Translations under genes and position numbers: made by a program
Shown here: piece after piece, positions 1-12,900 of the stretch
Position numbering within the stretch: position 1 is the stretch's first letter
Layout of the letters: every line of letters starts with the position of its first letter
The notes under the pieces: generated by a model
Told to the model about the DNA's origin: nothing
The model's input: the letters and a program-made list of their open reading frames with translations, nothing else
The model's database searches: none
Assembly: GCA_977030845.1 (NCBI GenBank)
Contig: OZ365116.1
Location: 21,018,001-21,082,000, forward strand
DNA length: 64,000 bases
Reading direction: 5' to 3'
Source: Fimbriosthenelais zetlandica
Taxonomy: Eukaryota

Positions 1-3000
1 TCCACAATTACTGTCTCTCTGACCTTTTAGGCCAACCGAGCAGGAGAATTCTCAAATCCTTGTAGTCAGGATACCCTTCCACCTTCCTGTATCTTTACCT
101 TCATTGCATGAAAGTTTGTGTCAAGGAACCACATGCAAACTTTCTTAAGGTAAAGTACAACACTAAAATATGTCTTTGGATGATTTCATTGCGGGGGTTG
201 AGAATGAATGTAGAGCAAGTCACCCTGACCAAAGTGGACTCTAGGCTCTTTAGTTATTCGGATGTAATCCTGAAAATATCTGACCGCCACTGTCCTATTG
301 GAATACTTGATCCAATATTCTCATAAAATCCTCCGCTTGCCACACTTCCAATTTATTTCTATGGTGCACTTTCTCAGCAAAGGAATGAATATGGCTGTGT
401 AAGTAGTATCAGGAAATGGACCAAGGCTGGAGGCAACAAACAAGTTTTGCTCTAAGAAAGTCATTTCTGGTATTTGTCTTCCACGCCAAAATCAAAGGCC
501 GTCCAATAACAAAGAACAGATTCCTTTCCCATCTCTAATGGGCGATACATCATAATGATAATCAGATCTATAAGTCAGAGTTACTGTTCGGGATTAAATG
601 CGAAGCATCCATTTGGTAACATTGAATGTAGTTGCTGTATTTTGGCTCCTCCCTTTTCAATATTCTGCTCATGGCCTCAGATGGAATACATTTGAAATAA
701 GTTGGCTTTATAGTGCTAAAAGCTGCCTCTGTCAAATTTATTTAAATGAGTGACTTGGTACCCAATTGTGTTATGATTGAATATATAATATATAGAACGT
801 GAAATGTGGTTCACATCTCTGGCTGATAACATTCACTATAATGTATCTTGTCTTTGCATTATCCATATCACCCTCATTCATTTCAAATCACGCCCCAAAA
901 TAATGCTGAAGCTTTTTCAATGAAGCTTTTTGTCAGCATTTCTGATTTTAACTGGAGCGACTGAAATGTTAGGCATTGATTGGTGGAGCATTTAGCTGAT
1001 AATGGATGAGTAGACAGGCGGGGGGAGGATGGCATATGAATGCCACAACACGGCTCATCTTGATCCCATGCTATGCGTCTGTTTACATTTTAATACACTA
1101 ATGCCGAGAGTGCAATATTTTGTGGGTGTGGGGGTTGGGGCTTACTTTCTCACATTATAACATTGTGTAAGGCTTAAAGTCGACCTAGTGGGTCCACTCT
1201 GTGATAATTGGTTGACAAAAAATAATTTGACAATAGTCAGTTGCTTCGGGGAGAGTAAAGATATGAAATAATAACAATGGTTGTGATCAATGAGGGAGTA
1301 TGTCCAATCTGCCTAGTAAGCCCACTCCCTTACATAGTCATCTCAGGCGCGGCCTGCCACCCGCTGCTGCGAGGCCCATTAATAATAAACTAACACATCA
1401 GTCTGGCTTTCTTCTCACAATGGATGCATTTTGTAGATGTTGTAAACTCCGTCATACTTAATCAGCTTAGTATTCCTGTTATAATCAGAAAAATGCTCTC
1501 ATGATTAGTTCAACTCTACAGGAGAATATTTAAGTACATAATTCTGCCCTTGAATACAGCTTATGCTTCTGTGTAGAGACTCTTATTGGGCAGCACACAA
1601 ATGCTTCCAGACAAAAAAAAGATTGTTTAATTCCTGCTTTAAAGCATCTCCGAAAGATAAGGGTATGGGGGGATTCTTACCTTTCTATTCATAATTTCCT
1701 CACTGATCATTTAATGTGATGCAGAAAATAGAGCACACATTGATGGCACTCCTCCCATCTTCCCTTATTTTGCATTCCCCCTATTGAAAAGAAGACTGTA
1801 GAGCCTTCCAGCTTAGTCTGTCTCCAGCAGGGCGATGGACTGATGCCCTTTTTCAGAATTCCATTTGTGATAATGACAATATAGGGCTGTGGTGTTGGAA
1901 ATAGAGAGGGGAAGCGGTGATGGAATTTGCGGCATATCAAGCAGAACATGAGTGTCGGTTTGGGCAGCAGGAGATGTGATTAAGATGAGTCTGGATCTGG
2001 TTTGTCAGATGCTGTCTGCTGGCTCTCACATAGGCGGGCTGTACATCTGTTACTGGACATCAAATCATCACATACACCCAATATCACACCATATACTAAC
2101 ACTGAGGCAATGTTTAACATTATTCTTTAACATCATCTCTTAATGCATACCAAGAAGAACCATTTATAATTCTTCACCTACACATAAATACAAATAGTAT
2201 TTTTTTTTCACTCCTAGCCACTAGAGCTTCTCTGTTTCATTTGTTTGTTGCCATTTTGTCTGCCAATCACAATTCTTCTCTTAACTACTAAGATGAATTC
2301 TGCTTTGCATAAAAATAATCTGCTGGTTTCAGAACCATAAATATTCTGACGCGATAACCAATACCATGCAGGAAACAATGAAGTCTGTGGAACCAGCTTA
2401 TTGCTGGCTCTTTTCTTCCAATTGTCATGGCTCTTGTCACAATCCAATGTCCATTGGTTTTGTGTTATTAAAAGTAATTGTTGTTGGGCCCAGGGATGCA
2501 GGGGAGGCGACGGGCCTGGGCGTGGCAGGAGCATGGTGAAAGAAATCACACGATTACCATTATCATTAATGATACACACATTAATGGGTGGTAAAATATG
2601 CTCCCATGGCCTACCTACATGTCTCAGGATGTTCTAATGTAAAAACATGACAAACATTTTATTATAAACTATGTACATGTATTGCATTGCGTTGATTAAT
2701 TTCGGTTTGGCCGTCAGCCTGATTCAGTATAGTGAGGTAAGTAGGCTTATAGCGCCATGACTGTAAGCACCTGACATATGGAAAGCAATATAAATTCCCC
2801 ACTCCCCGTATATCATTGACAGCTATATGGGTTTCCAGCTAAGCCTTACTGGCAGCTGACGATATTGGGCTTGGGTTGCTCCATTCTCTGAACTCAGGGA
2901 ATTCCTTCTTGTCAGATGAATTCTCGGCTAATAGCCCTTAATGAAAAAGCTTTCAATTGGCATCATTCTTCATTTTTCGCCTGGATAAAATTTCAGATTT

Positions 3001-6000
3001 TAATCCATTTCCTGCCAAGGTTTTGAGTAATAAATTGTAGGAATGAGCTGATGTATTTCTGGTGATAAAGACATGAATTGCCACCACCGCCAGCACCACC
3101 AGTGGCACCACTGAGGGTGGAATCTGTGTAATGGTGGCATGCTGACGGCTGTACGCCCCCCCCCCGGGCCAGCCTGCCCCACCCACCCACCACCTGTTTG
3201 TCATAGACTCTGTTATGATACGGGGAGACCAGGGGGAGGCCTGGCTTGTGATCATCTCGTCATTTTCCTCGCCTATTGGATGTCCATGTTTCTCTCTCTG
3301 TGATTGATGAGGGGCTATATTGACTTACGTGGATATGTGGTGAGCACAATCTAACGTTACACGTCGACATTACCGCTATACGTTATACATTCTATTAACT
3401 TTATCTGTATGCCAGGGGTATACATGATTCATTACACATTAATCTGATTCTCTATTATCTAATACTATATTCAACCTAAAAGCCCTTTCCATTTCTAAAG
3501 ACCTTTCCAGATGAAACAAATATTGGAATTAACATATTTGGCATGTACATAATATAGTGCCTGTTTTGTTGGAGTCATTTCCCTACCTCATTTTCCATAT
3601 AATTTCATCGTCAAGGACGTATTAACATCTCTCATTTATTCCTTATATACACTAATATTTATGTGATAAACTGTAAACTCCTACCTCCCTTATTTAGCAG
3701 AAAGTGCGACAAAAACTGAGCAGGCTCAAAGTAGTAGTGAGTTTTTAAGATGCTCCATATTTGAATGGCGTAGCAGTCAATTACTACAGAGGAGGAGGTT
3801 TTATTGATCTCTAATTTACTACCTTTTTACGTTTATCAATATGGTTCAACTTAAGAAATTAATTTCTTCTCTCATCGCCATTCATGTCAAGCAGCGGTGT
3901 GAATAAATCGATGGGATAATGGGATGGCAATATATAACGGGGTAATATATAATGATTATAGCAACAGCAACATTGATGTATTCAATGCCATCATCATAAC
4001 AGTTTATCATTCACATTGTCATTCATAATCTGACAGTTTGCTGACCTAGCCAAATTCAAGAATTGCTGTAACATTTCCATTCATGTCTGTCCTCAGTTCC
4101 AATCTGTGGTTGAATATTCCCAGAAGGTTCAAAGCCAGCAGAGTTTCACCAGTGATGTACACGTATAGTATTTATTCACTGATTAGTAAGATGCCCTGTG
4201 AGACTACACAGCCTTGAAGCCTCGTTCTTCATTAGCCTGATTAAGACCAGTATTTCTTCCTTGCCTCTATTTGCCACCTATTATCGCACATTAGAGTGAT
4301 GGGGGAAGTTAATTTGCCCCTTTTGCTCACTGAGAGTCGGTTTGTCTCTGGACGGGCTTTTCACATGTGGACTGTTAAAACGGTTCATCGATAATTCCCA
4401 TCACCTGCGGCAGTCTCTGTACTCAATGTACTTGATGGCAGATGCGTGCCCCAACCTGGCAGGATTAACTTAAGACATTAACATTTTCTATCTTAATTTT
4501 TAATTCTGTTAATATGATCCGCCATAGTTCACCCGACTATCAATGAACGTCCTATATTATAAAGACAAGGAACTGTGGGAAGATCAGTGTAAAATATGAC
4601 ATCAATATTTATTAGCTTTATACCATAATAGGAATCGCTTGAGATTAATAGTTCATTCAAAATGCTATTGGCCATTTTGAATCTAATCGTTTATTATAAT
4701 TACACATATTGATCTGTAATCAGGACTATGGTGATTTTCATTTCTAATGAAGGTAATGCCTCAAAGTGTATGCAATCAATCTTCACAATTTAACATCTTT
4801 CAGAGCTTCAATGCTCAGATTAAGTTCATGGCTTGTTATTTTCTCTTTTAAGGAAATTAATTTGCTCCCTTTGTGATGAATTAGTCGATTGTCTTCCAGG
4901 CAATTCTTGGTCTGCTGCTATTGATTCAGTGAAAAAAGGATTAAATCCGTCTCAGCAGGACCAGAGGCAGTGCTGAACTTCTCTCAGTCTGTAGCTCACC
5001 ATCTGTCCTTATTATTCTAGCTACTGAAATCATCCTGAAACAGCATTATTGTGAGCTCTGGGGAAATAATACTGCATCACATTTTGATCTGAACACATTT
5101 CGATCTTCTCTAAGCACATCTTGAATAATTCAGGGTGCAGCTGCAATATTATCCCCCAACTCCAAATCTATTATAGTTCATCAATAAGTAGTTCTGAATA
5201 TAACTTCGGTATCTGTAGCCCTAAAAGTTACGGTTCAAAATATAGAATTTGTCAATCAATAAAGTATTCTGCTCGCAGCTTGCGGTCTTTACAGCTGACC
5301 AGAGACCCATTACTCAATATTGAGAGATGCGCTATATGTGTGCTCAGGCCGTGCTTCCCTCTCTACAGTTATCTAGGTCTGCCTCACCATGCAGTGGTCA
5401 CTGGTCAGTCTGATATGTCCATGTCCATGCATCCTCCTGCCTAGTCAGTGGTCATCCTGGTCTCAGTACTAAGCAGTGGTCATTGGCTATAACTCAGCCT
5501 GACCACGTGCTTACTGATGGGTCAATATCCTGAGAGAGGAAGGTCCTGTAGGTGCCTGACCACATGCTGAGCGAATAAAACCGTGAGCACAGACTGTCTG
5601 CACTGGTCAATGAACACTATATATAGTGGACACTCCATACCAACATATCCAACACCAAAGGCAACTTTTATCCACAATCCATGTGAGCAAGTATATTCAT
5701 GTGTGGACTGCTGCCTTCAATGCCTCTCATTCACAGAGACGGATTGTAAAGGAGATTTTTGGATATTAAAGGTGGAATGCAGAAGTATAATGATCTTCAA
5801 GTATTCCCTTCACTGGCGTTCAATTTAAGCTTTGGGTGATCATTTTTATGATAAGATAATAAGGGCTAACTCTAGATAGATCTAGATAGGTAGCTAGTGA
5901 TGGGGACAGACCTCCAGATCTAGTCTGTAGATAGGTTGTGTGACTATGCGGCCAGCATCTGTTTGCTATAGTAACCTACTCCCTTGTCCTTACACTGTAA

Positions 6001-6717
6001 GGAAATGTACACACCATGGTTTCGACTGATTGCATTGTCTAAGCTGATTGATTGTTTGTTAAGTCACTAGCCCAGCCCCTGTTCAGGGACTTTACTTTCC
6101 TGGCTCCAAGGGATCACTGTGTCTATATTGTTGGCATCTTGATAATGGCTTTCAACCAGGACTTCAAGCAACCTTGATTCAAAACATTTGATTTTCAAAT
6201 TTAATTATCCCAAATCCATACTAGCTTGAATCTCACGATGTGCTATCTTTAAAGCTTCTGTCATTTTAACTTGTCTCCAGAATAAATATAAAACCTTCAG
6301 CTGGAGCTTAAATCCCTTGAAAGTTCGGCTACATTGAGGCATTGACGCAAAATAACCAAACTTACAGGTTTCTCCCCTCAAAGATCAGGGTCTGCATGGG
6401 CTCTTTATTTACAGATAATGGAAGGCGGTGACCTTGGATAACCGGGGAAGGAGCTGCTTCTCCCTGATAAACCCCTCATTGACTTGCTGGTCTATAGACT
6501 ACAGTACTTTACCACAGTCCTGGTGGACCCTGCGTGCCTGGAAATGTCCAACTGATATTCCTTCAAAAGGAGGTTCAAACATATCCTTACCACCAACATT
6601 ATTGAATAATGCAATCTTGTCTGTAGAAAAACTGGTGATGGAAATTTAGCATTACTTCCCTGCCTTGAAGTTTATTTTATATACATGTAATTGAACATTT
6701 TGTGTCTTGTCTTGTAG

Positions 6718-6929
6718 GATCATCGTGCTGGCGGTGACGCTGTCGGTAGTGGACTTTGACGCGTCTATTAACTGCGCTCAGACTTTACGGCAGCATGTAC
6801 TTGGTTACCTGGTCATCCTCACTGTCTGCGCCCTACTGGAGGCAGTGGTGGCCCTGGTGTCCATGCGGGGTACCATCCTCTATACTGAACCCAGGACCAA
6901 CATGCAATACCTGCTCTACATCAGACTAG
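6718..6929 (+). CDS. DAGLA: DAGLA coding exon (window exon 1)
   Basis: cttgtag acceptor, gtgcgt donor; (W)IIVLAVTL...[23 protein letters not shown]. Confidence 0.95.
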
Positions 6930-9900
6930 GTGCGTATCTCACTCTAATGTCACTAATATTAATATTCATCGTCATTGTCTTAACTTGTTCGGAATGATTA
7001 TTGTGTTCCCTACCAGGTAATCACTACATTAAGGTTATAATGCCGTGACACCCACAACAGTGAGGTGGCACGCACAAGTTTTTCCTCACTTTCAGTTTTC
7101 TTACTTCCTAGCCATTAGAGTTTCTTCTGTGTTTCACTTGTGTAATATTGCTGAGAGTAAAGTCTAATTGACCTTTAAAAGTACATGTATATAGGGCCCA
7201 CTGCGACCCTCATTCTCCATGCTGTTAGAATTTAAACCTCCCTTTTAGACAAATAAACCCAGTGCATTTAAACTGTGATCTTTCAACTAGATTAGGTAGA
7301 AAGTCCCCTGCTACTTTCCTGATTCCATTTAGATGTCTGCCAGAAATTTAAGAGCACTACAGAGAAAGAAATGCCAGTCAGGGTGTCTCTGTCTACTCTG
7401 TGAGGTTATCTCTTATTGTATCCGGCGTCGGAGGCGCTGCTACAATGAGGCTACTTTAAAAGGGAACAATACTATTGTACTTCTGCCTTCAAAGTGTCAC
7501 CAGGCCTTCGTAAACCTCCAATAGGAATTTTCTAATCAGGAACAACAATAAAATTTCATGTATCATTGTAAGATGATCTTTTTTAAAGTAATCTACTTAA
7601 TGGAATGATGAATAATCCACCGGTAGAAAACCAATTTCTGGCGCGTTGACTTCATTATTCGCTCGGGGAGGGATGATTAAGATGCCTTTAAGCAAGTTTA
7701 ATGAATGTAATATGGAGACAATTGTGATGAGGATCTGGTACAATTATAAGAAAGAGGTGAACATATAAATAGGAAGCGGTTGGCTATGTATTCAGTAGGA
7801 ATTGGCAGAGGGCAAAGCTAATGAGAATGACACAGCTGTATCATTGAACCACAGCAGTATTGGCTGCCTTCCAGAGGGGAACCAAGGTGCAGACATAAAT
7901 GAATTAGACCAACACAAGCTGTCCTTTAACGACCAGATGTCTGGATGTTGGTCCATACCCGTCCAGTTATATATTCTACCATTCAGACCTCCCTGTATAC
8001 GTCTACATGGCCGTTTAATACTATCAATGCTTGAAGGATGAGCTGCTCTTTGGTAAGATAAATGTTTATGCCAAAAAATTAATGAATGGGGAAATTGAGT
8101 TTGGGTTACTTTTAGATAGCATTGATTTAACCAATCAATGGACACCAAGCATACCATATCAGGGCCGGCAAACCAATATCAGTTTTGCACCAGCCTTGGT
8201 TGGAAACCATCATTTGCGATAAAAGTCCAGCGGCATCCCGTGCGAAGCAGCCTGTCCCGCTTATATAGTCCTAAAATCCCGCCTAATGGATCTAATTCAG
8301 AACATTGAGAAAGTAGTTATAGATAATGGAATAAGGGGCTTTATCCTTGGCGCTCTGAGTTAGGGTGGGAGGCTTTGTAGCCCAATTCCCTCTTCACAAA
8401 TTGGTTTCTTGCTCCTTCAGCAACAAGCAGCTCACCTATATTAGGGACATAATTCTGGTAGGCAGAAACTACTGGTCCTAATTGTAGAATAACCTCATTT
8501 TAAACTTCTCTGACTGACGAAAAAAACCCAGAGAGGCCGCCTAATCTGTCCATGCCTCTTCTTTTTAAGATCAAAGAAGTGGAAGAGGGAAATATACATA
8601 AAAGATCTCTTGCTTCAAGGGAGAGTGAAAGGGGAAGCTTTTTTCCTTTTCTGTTCAAACTCAGTGATTGGCTTCTTCATGTTTTTGCTGACCGCCAGGC
8701 TGGGTCCTGTACATGTAGGTTGGTGCTTTGCTGGGCTATAGTATTGATTGTTCCTTTTCTGGCCAAGATCTGAGGAAGCGCTTCTGTATGGCTAACAAGG
8801 GCTTCTTCCATTCTTTATCTTCAAGCTATTGCTTACTCTCTCTCCACCTTCCCACTACTAATTTAGCCAAGTCTTCTGTGAATCCTTTACTTTACATTTG
8901 TCCCAGTGCTATTTGTCCCTTCACCCATAATTCATTGTGTAGTTAGAGCCATTATACCCATCTGCTATGAGAGCTCCTATGATACTTTCATATTGAAGTT
9001 CCCCTCTTATGTCTTTTCTTGATGATGGTGAAGTCATGTAGCTATTAGAATGAGATATAATCATTGTAAACATTAATGTGTTTTTTAATTTTGTCACCAG
9101 GAGTGCTGGTAGCTGAGCTAGTGTGGCTGGTGCTCGGGGTGATATGGGCGGCTCAGCATTATGCTTCCTGTAACGCTCCAGCCGCCAAGAGGGCAGTATT
9201 AGGTCAGTACAATAAAACACATACCTTCACACCATCAAATTTGATTATAATATCTTTTAATTTAAACTCAAGCAACAATGTTTGCCCTAATGGACGATTT
9301 AAACTTATTTTGACCCTGTATCCATTTTGCTAATTAGTGCTCTTTTATTGGACTTTGTGATGGTTAAGTTGGTTAACTTTGTGACTTTGTGGTTTCAGGT
9401 ATCATTGTATGTAACTGGTGCATCATGTTCAGTGTGGTCGTCTCTCTGTGGTGCACCTTTGACAAGGCAGGTCGGAGCTGGGTGAAGATGAAACGTTACC
9501 AGGAGAGCATCAAAGACAGACAACAACGACCCGGTGAGAAGAGACGGTCAGGCAGTCGGAGGAGGAACTGGAGGCACAGGTAGGCACGGAGAGATCTATA
9601 CTTTATACATGATCCACTATAACACCCAGCTAACACATAGAATGAGTATAGATTTATAGAAGTACAGGCTGAGATATGCTCCTTCACAATGAAGTGATAG
9701 ATGGTGGATATATATGTTTGAGGCCTCAATACATCTAGTTCCCAGAGGTGAATACTGAGTGGCACTTGCAAATACAAGCCCTGGGTAAGACGACTCTGGA
9801 ATGAATAAATGTCACAATGAATGGATGGACAAGAATTGGCTGAAGCCAAAGGATGGGTGCCCATTGTTTACTATCTATTCTACCAGGAGAGTCTATTCTA

Positions 9901-12900
9901 CAACTCTCGTCTGAGGAGTATGAGCGCTGGAACAGTACCAGAGCTTGTATACAGGCAGCTTGTTCTGTAGCAGAGCTCTATATATTGCGGCGGATTTTTA
10001 ACCATATTGGAATATTATGAGAAAAATATGAGGATATTTCTCAACTCTCCTGTTTTATCCAATTCTAACAATCTTTGGGCGACTGTCGGTGTGCTTGCTA
10101 CCAGCGAAGTGTTTTTTTTATATACAATGTAATATGTTCTTCTTATTCAAAAGATATACTGAGTATAAAGGAATCGTATCTATAAGCATACTGAATTATT
10201 TACTACTTATATCCCCTTCTAAGGATTTCTTTGCTTTATTGATGAAGTATAAAAGTCAAAGAAAGGAGAGATCCATTTACTTCCTTGATAAAGTCAGGTG
10301 TATTTGATGTAACCTCATATAAGATGCCACAACACGTTGGTTATATAATCCCTTTGCATAACTACATTTCTCATTGTCTGTATCGACCTTAAATTTCATT
10401 CAAGATTATCATTCAGAATTGATTTGCGATTTTTAGACAAAAAGTTGACTATTTTAATCAACTTGTGATTAATAACCTTTCCACCTCGCACACGTATGAT
10501 TGCCAACAGAACTAGATATGAATTACTGGACAGGTAGGGTGGCTTAGTACGCGTACTGCACGTCAGACGGCACTCGCTGTCACCTGGCCATGATTGGAGT
10601 GCTTGACATATGTTATCTATCCTTCATGTTCATCTCCACAAAGTTGCCAAAATCTCTAATTAAAAACATCGGACGTTAATAAAAAAAAAATCAAGTTCCT
10701 TTTGGCTAAAAGCAACCCAGGGATGGGAGAAATTATTGTAGCATTTAGAGGTCATTCTAATACAAATGAAGGACTATATTAACTTTAAAGGCAACTATGT
10801 ACTTTGACTTTTACTGGCGGTTTGTGTGGGTGTAATATATATACATATATGAATATGATATATGTATTAATTCAATTCTGAACTTTGGTTTGGTATTTGA
10901 CTGTCGGATGTGACCTTAAGAATTCATTTCATGGATACGAGAATATTGTTACTATATTTATACATCGTTTATCAGATGAGGGATATGTTGTCTATGTTTT
11001 ATGAATAATCCGTCTCAGTATATTTATATTTAACCTTACTTTCTGTCCTCTACAATTAATAGATGTGCATTTTTGAGTTGCTTGAGTAGATTTTTGTAGT
11101 CTCCAATAGTTTGGTTTCTAGGCTTTATACTTTCATTTTGCTTTTAGCCTTCATTCACCCTCCTCCCTCGAAAGAATACGAAGGTAAACGGGATCACAGC
11201 CCGAGAAATCTTCAAACTTTATTTAGTTAATATTCAAATATTTAATATTCAATTCCATTTATCTCGTTCATAAGTTCATCTCCATAAGTTCGTGGAGAGT
11301 TTTGCATGTCAGTGGAAGATTTGGTGACAGGTTTTCTATCGTTAAGCCTTTCACTGACCTAGAAATAAGTACGGTATGTGTATAGGGTACTTTTGGTAGT
11401 TTATATTTGACGAAATTGATAAAGAATTCCGGTAGCACACAAGATGTTTAGCGTTTTTGTTTAAGTATGATTTAATTTCGCACAATAATCTCTTGACTTT
11501 GATAGGTGACCCACATCTTAGCTACAAATATTACTTTGTGATTTTAGATTTCAAAGTGTCCTCCCATAAAAATGGTGTTCATAATGAAATTTATTTAAAT
11601 GCAATCCCAGAAAGGTTTGAAATTTTAGATGAAATGATAAGATGGGTCACCTTCTACCACACGTTAGATTGTTTAGACCTTGAATGTTCCCCATCGCTGA
11701 TTTTATCTAACATTTTTACTGAATCATTTTGTAAGAATGTGTTACCTAGTGGCTGCATGGAGCTTCTAACGAATGAATGAATAGATGCCATAATAACACT
11801 GTATATAGCAGTTGTGAATGGAACTTTAATCCATGGTTTGATTTTATTTCAGGAAAGCCATGCGCCAGTATCAGGAGAGTTGGGACAACCGATGTAAATT
11901 CCTCTTCTGTTGTGTAAGGGAAGACAGGAACAGGGTAAGTTAGACAATGATTTCTTTTATTGAGTACTATGGTTGATGGGGTCATTTTGTCACTGCCCAG
12001 AAATAATGGGCCTAAAGTATAAAATCCTAGGAATCCTTGACCATGAGAATAGTGAGCTGGTGGGGGAGCTATTGGGAGTTACTCCTGATCAGTGACAATC
12101 TTATTGAGCGATGGCTTGCCTTGTGAATGACCTTCTGGGACATTCCGAGGGCAAGAATTATGAGATGCAAAACCATGAACTTTGAGTCCAGATATACAAA
12201 CGACCTCATGACATGCACCTCCCCTTCGCCCGTCCCGGCTGGCTAGTCCATCATGTAACAATATTGAGCAGCTCCTGGCCACACGTCCTACCACTCATTG
12301 ACATTCTAATGTCACATATTAACACCAGTGGTCCTCGCTCGTCTTGTACTCCACACAAACACCAGATGGTGCCAGGGAGGAGAGCTTGCTGGCGCCAGGA
12401 CTGACCCCATGTGGCTGTACATTATGAATATGATGAGCAGCACCACCAGCAGTAGCAGTGCTGGCTCTTGGTCCACACTGCCTGTTGGGGTGTGTCTACT
12501 GCAGCCACACACACACACCATCCCCCATCACTACTGCCATCTCCCCCTGCTCAGCCGCTGCATCCTGGGCCAGCATGCACACCGTACATTTATCGCAGCC
12601 GCGCTCTGGCCCCAGGACATCGCGCAATAAGAGAAACATTGCTGTTACCTAATCACCTGAGAAAACCACTAGACAGGCCCGTCATCATGGCCAGGGTAAG
12701 TACACACACTCATGACATGGCCACATTCTCCTCCACGGCCTTTACTCTGCCTGCCATCAGGGACAGTCCCTGGAGGAGCGGGAGGTGATGGAGAGAGAGG
12801 GGGTGGGGGAGGGGGGGGGGGGCGGGGGGTATGTGTTGGATGCTGGATGCTATAGTTAAAGTAGAACACACCACCTCAACACTTTATTACTGTCAAATAC

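Noticed and set aside
2718-2742. Perfect donor GAG|GTAAGT at 2737 in the DAGLA upstream intron
   Set aside because: No coherent coding exon; an isolated donor is weak evidence.
5349-5459. Possible DAGLA first exon MQWSLVSL...SSW ending in phase 2
   Set aside because: Poor donor (gtctca) and lacks the conserved RRW..GSDD motif.
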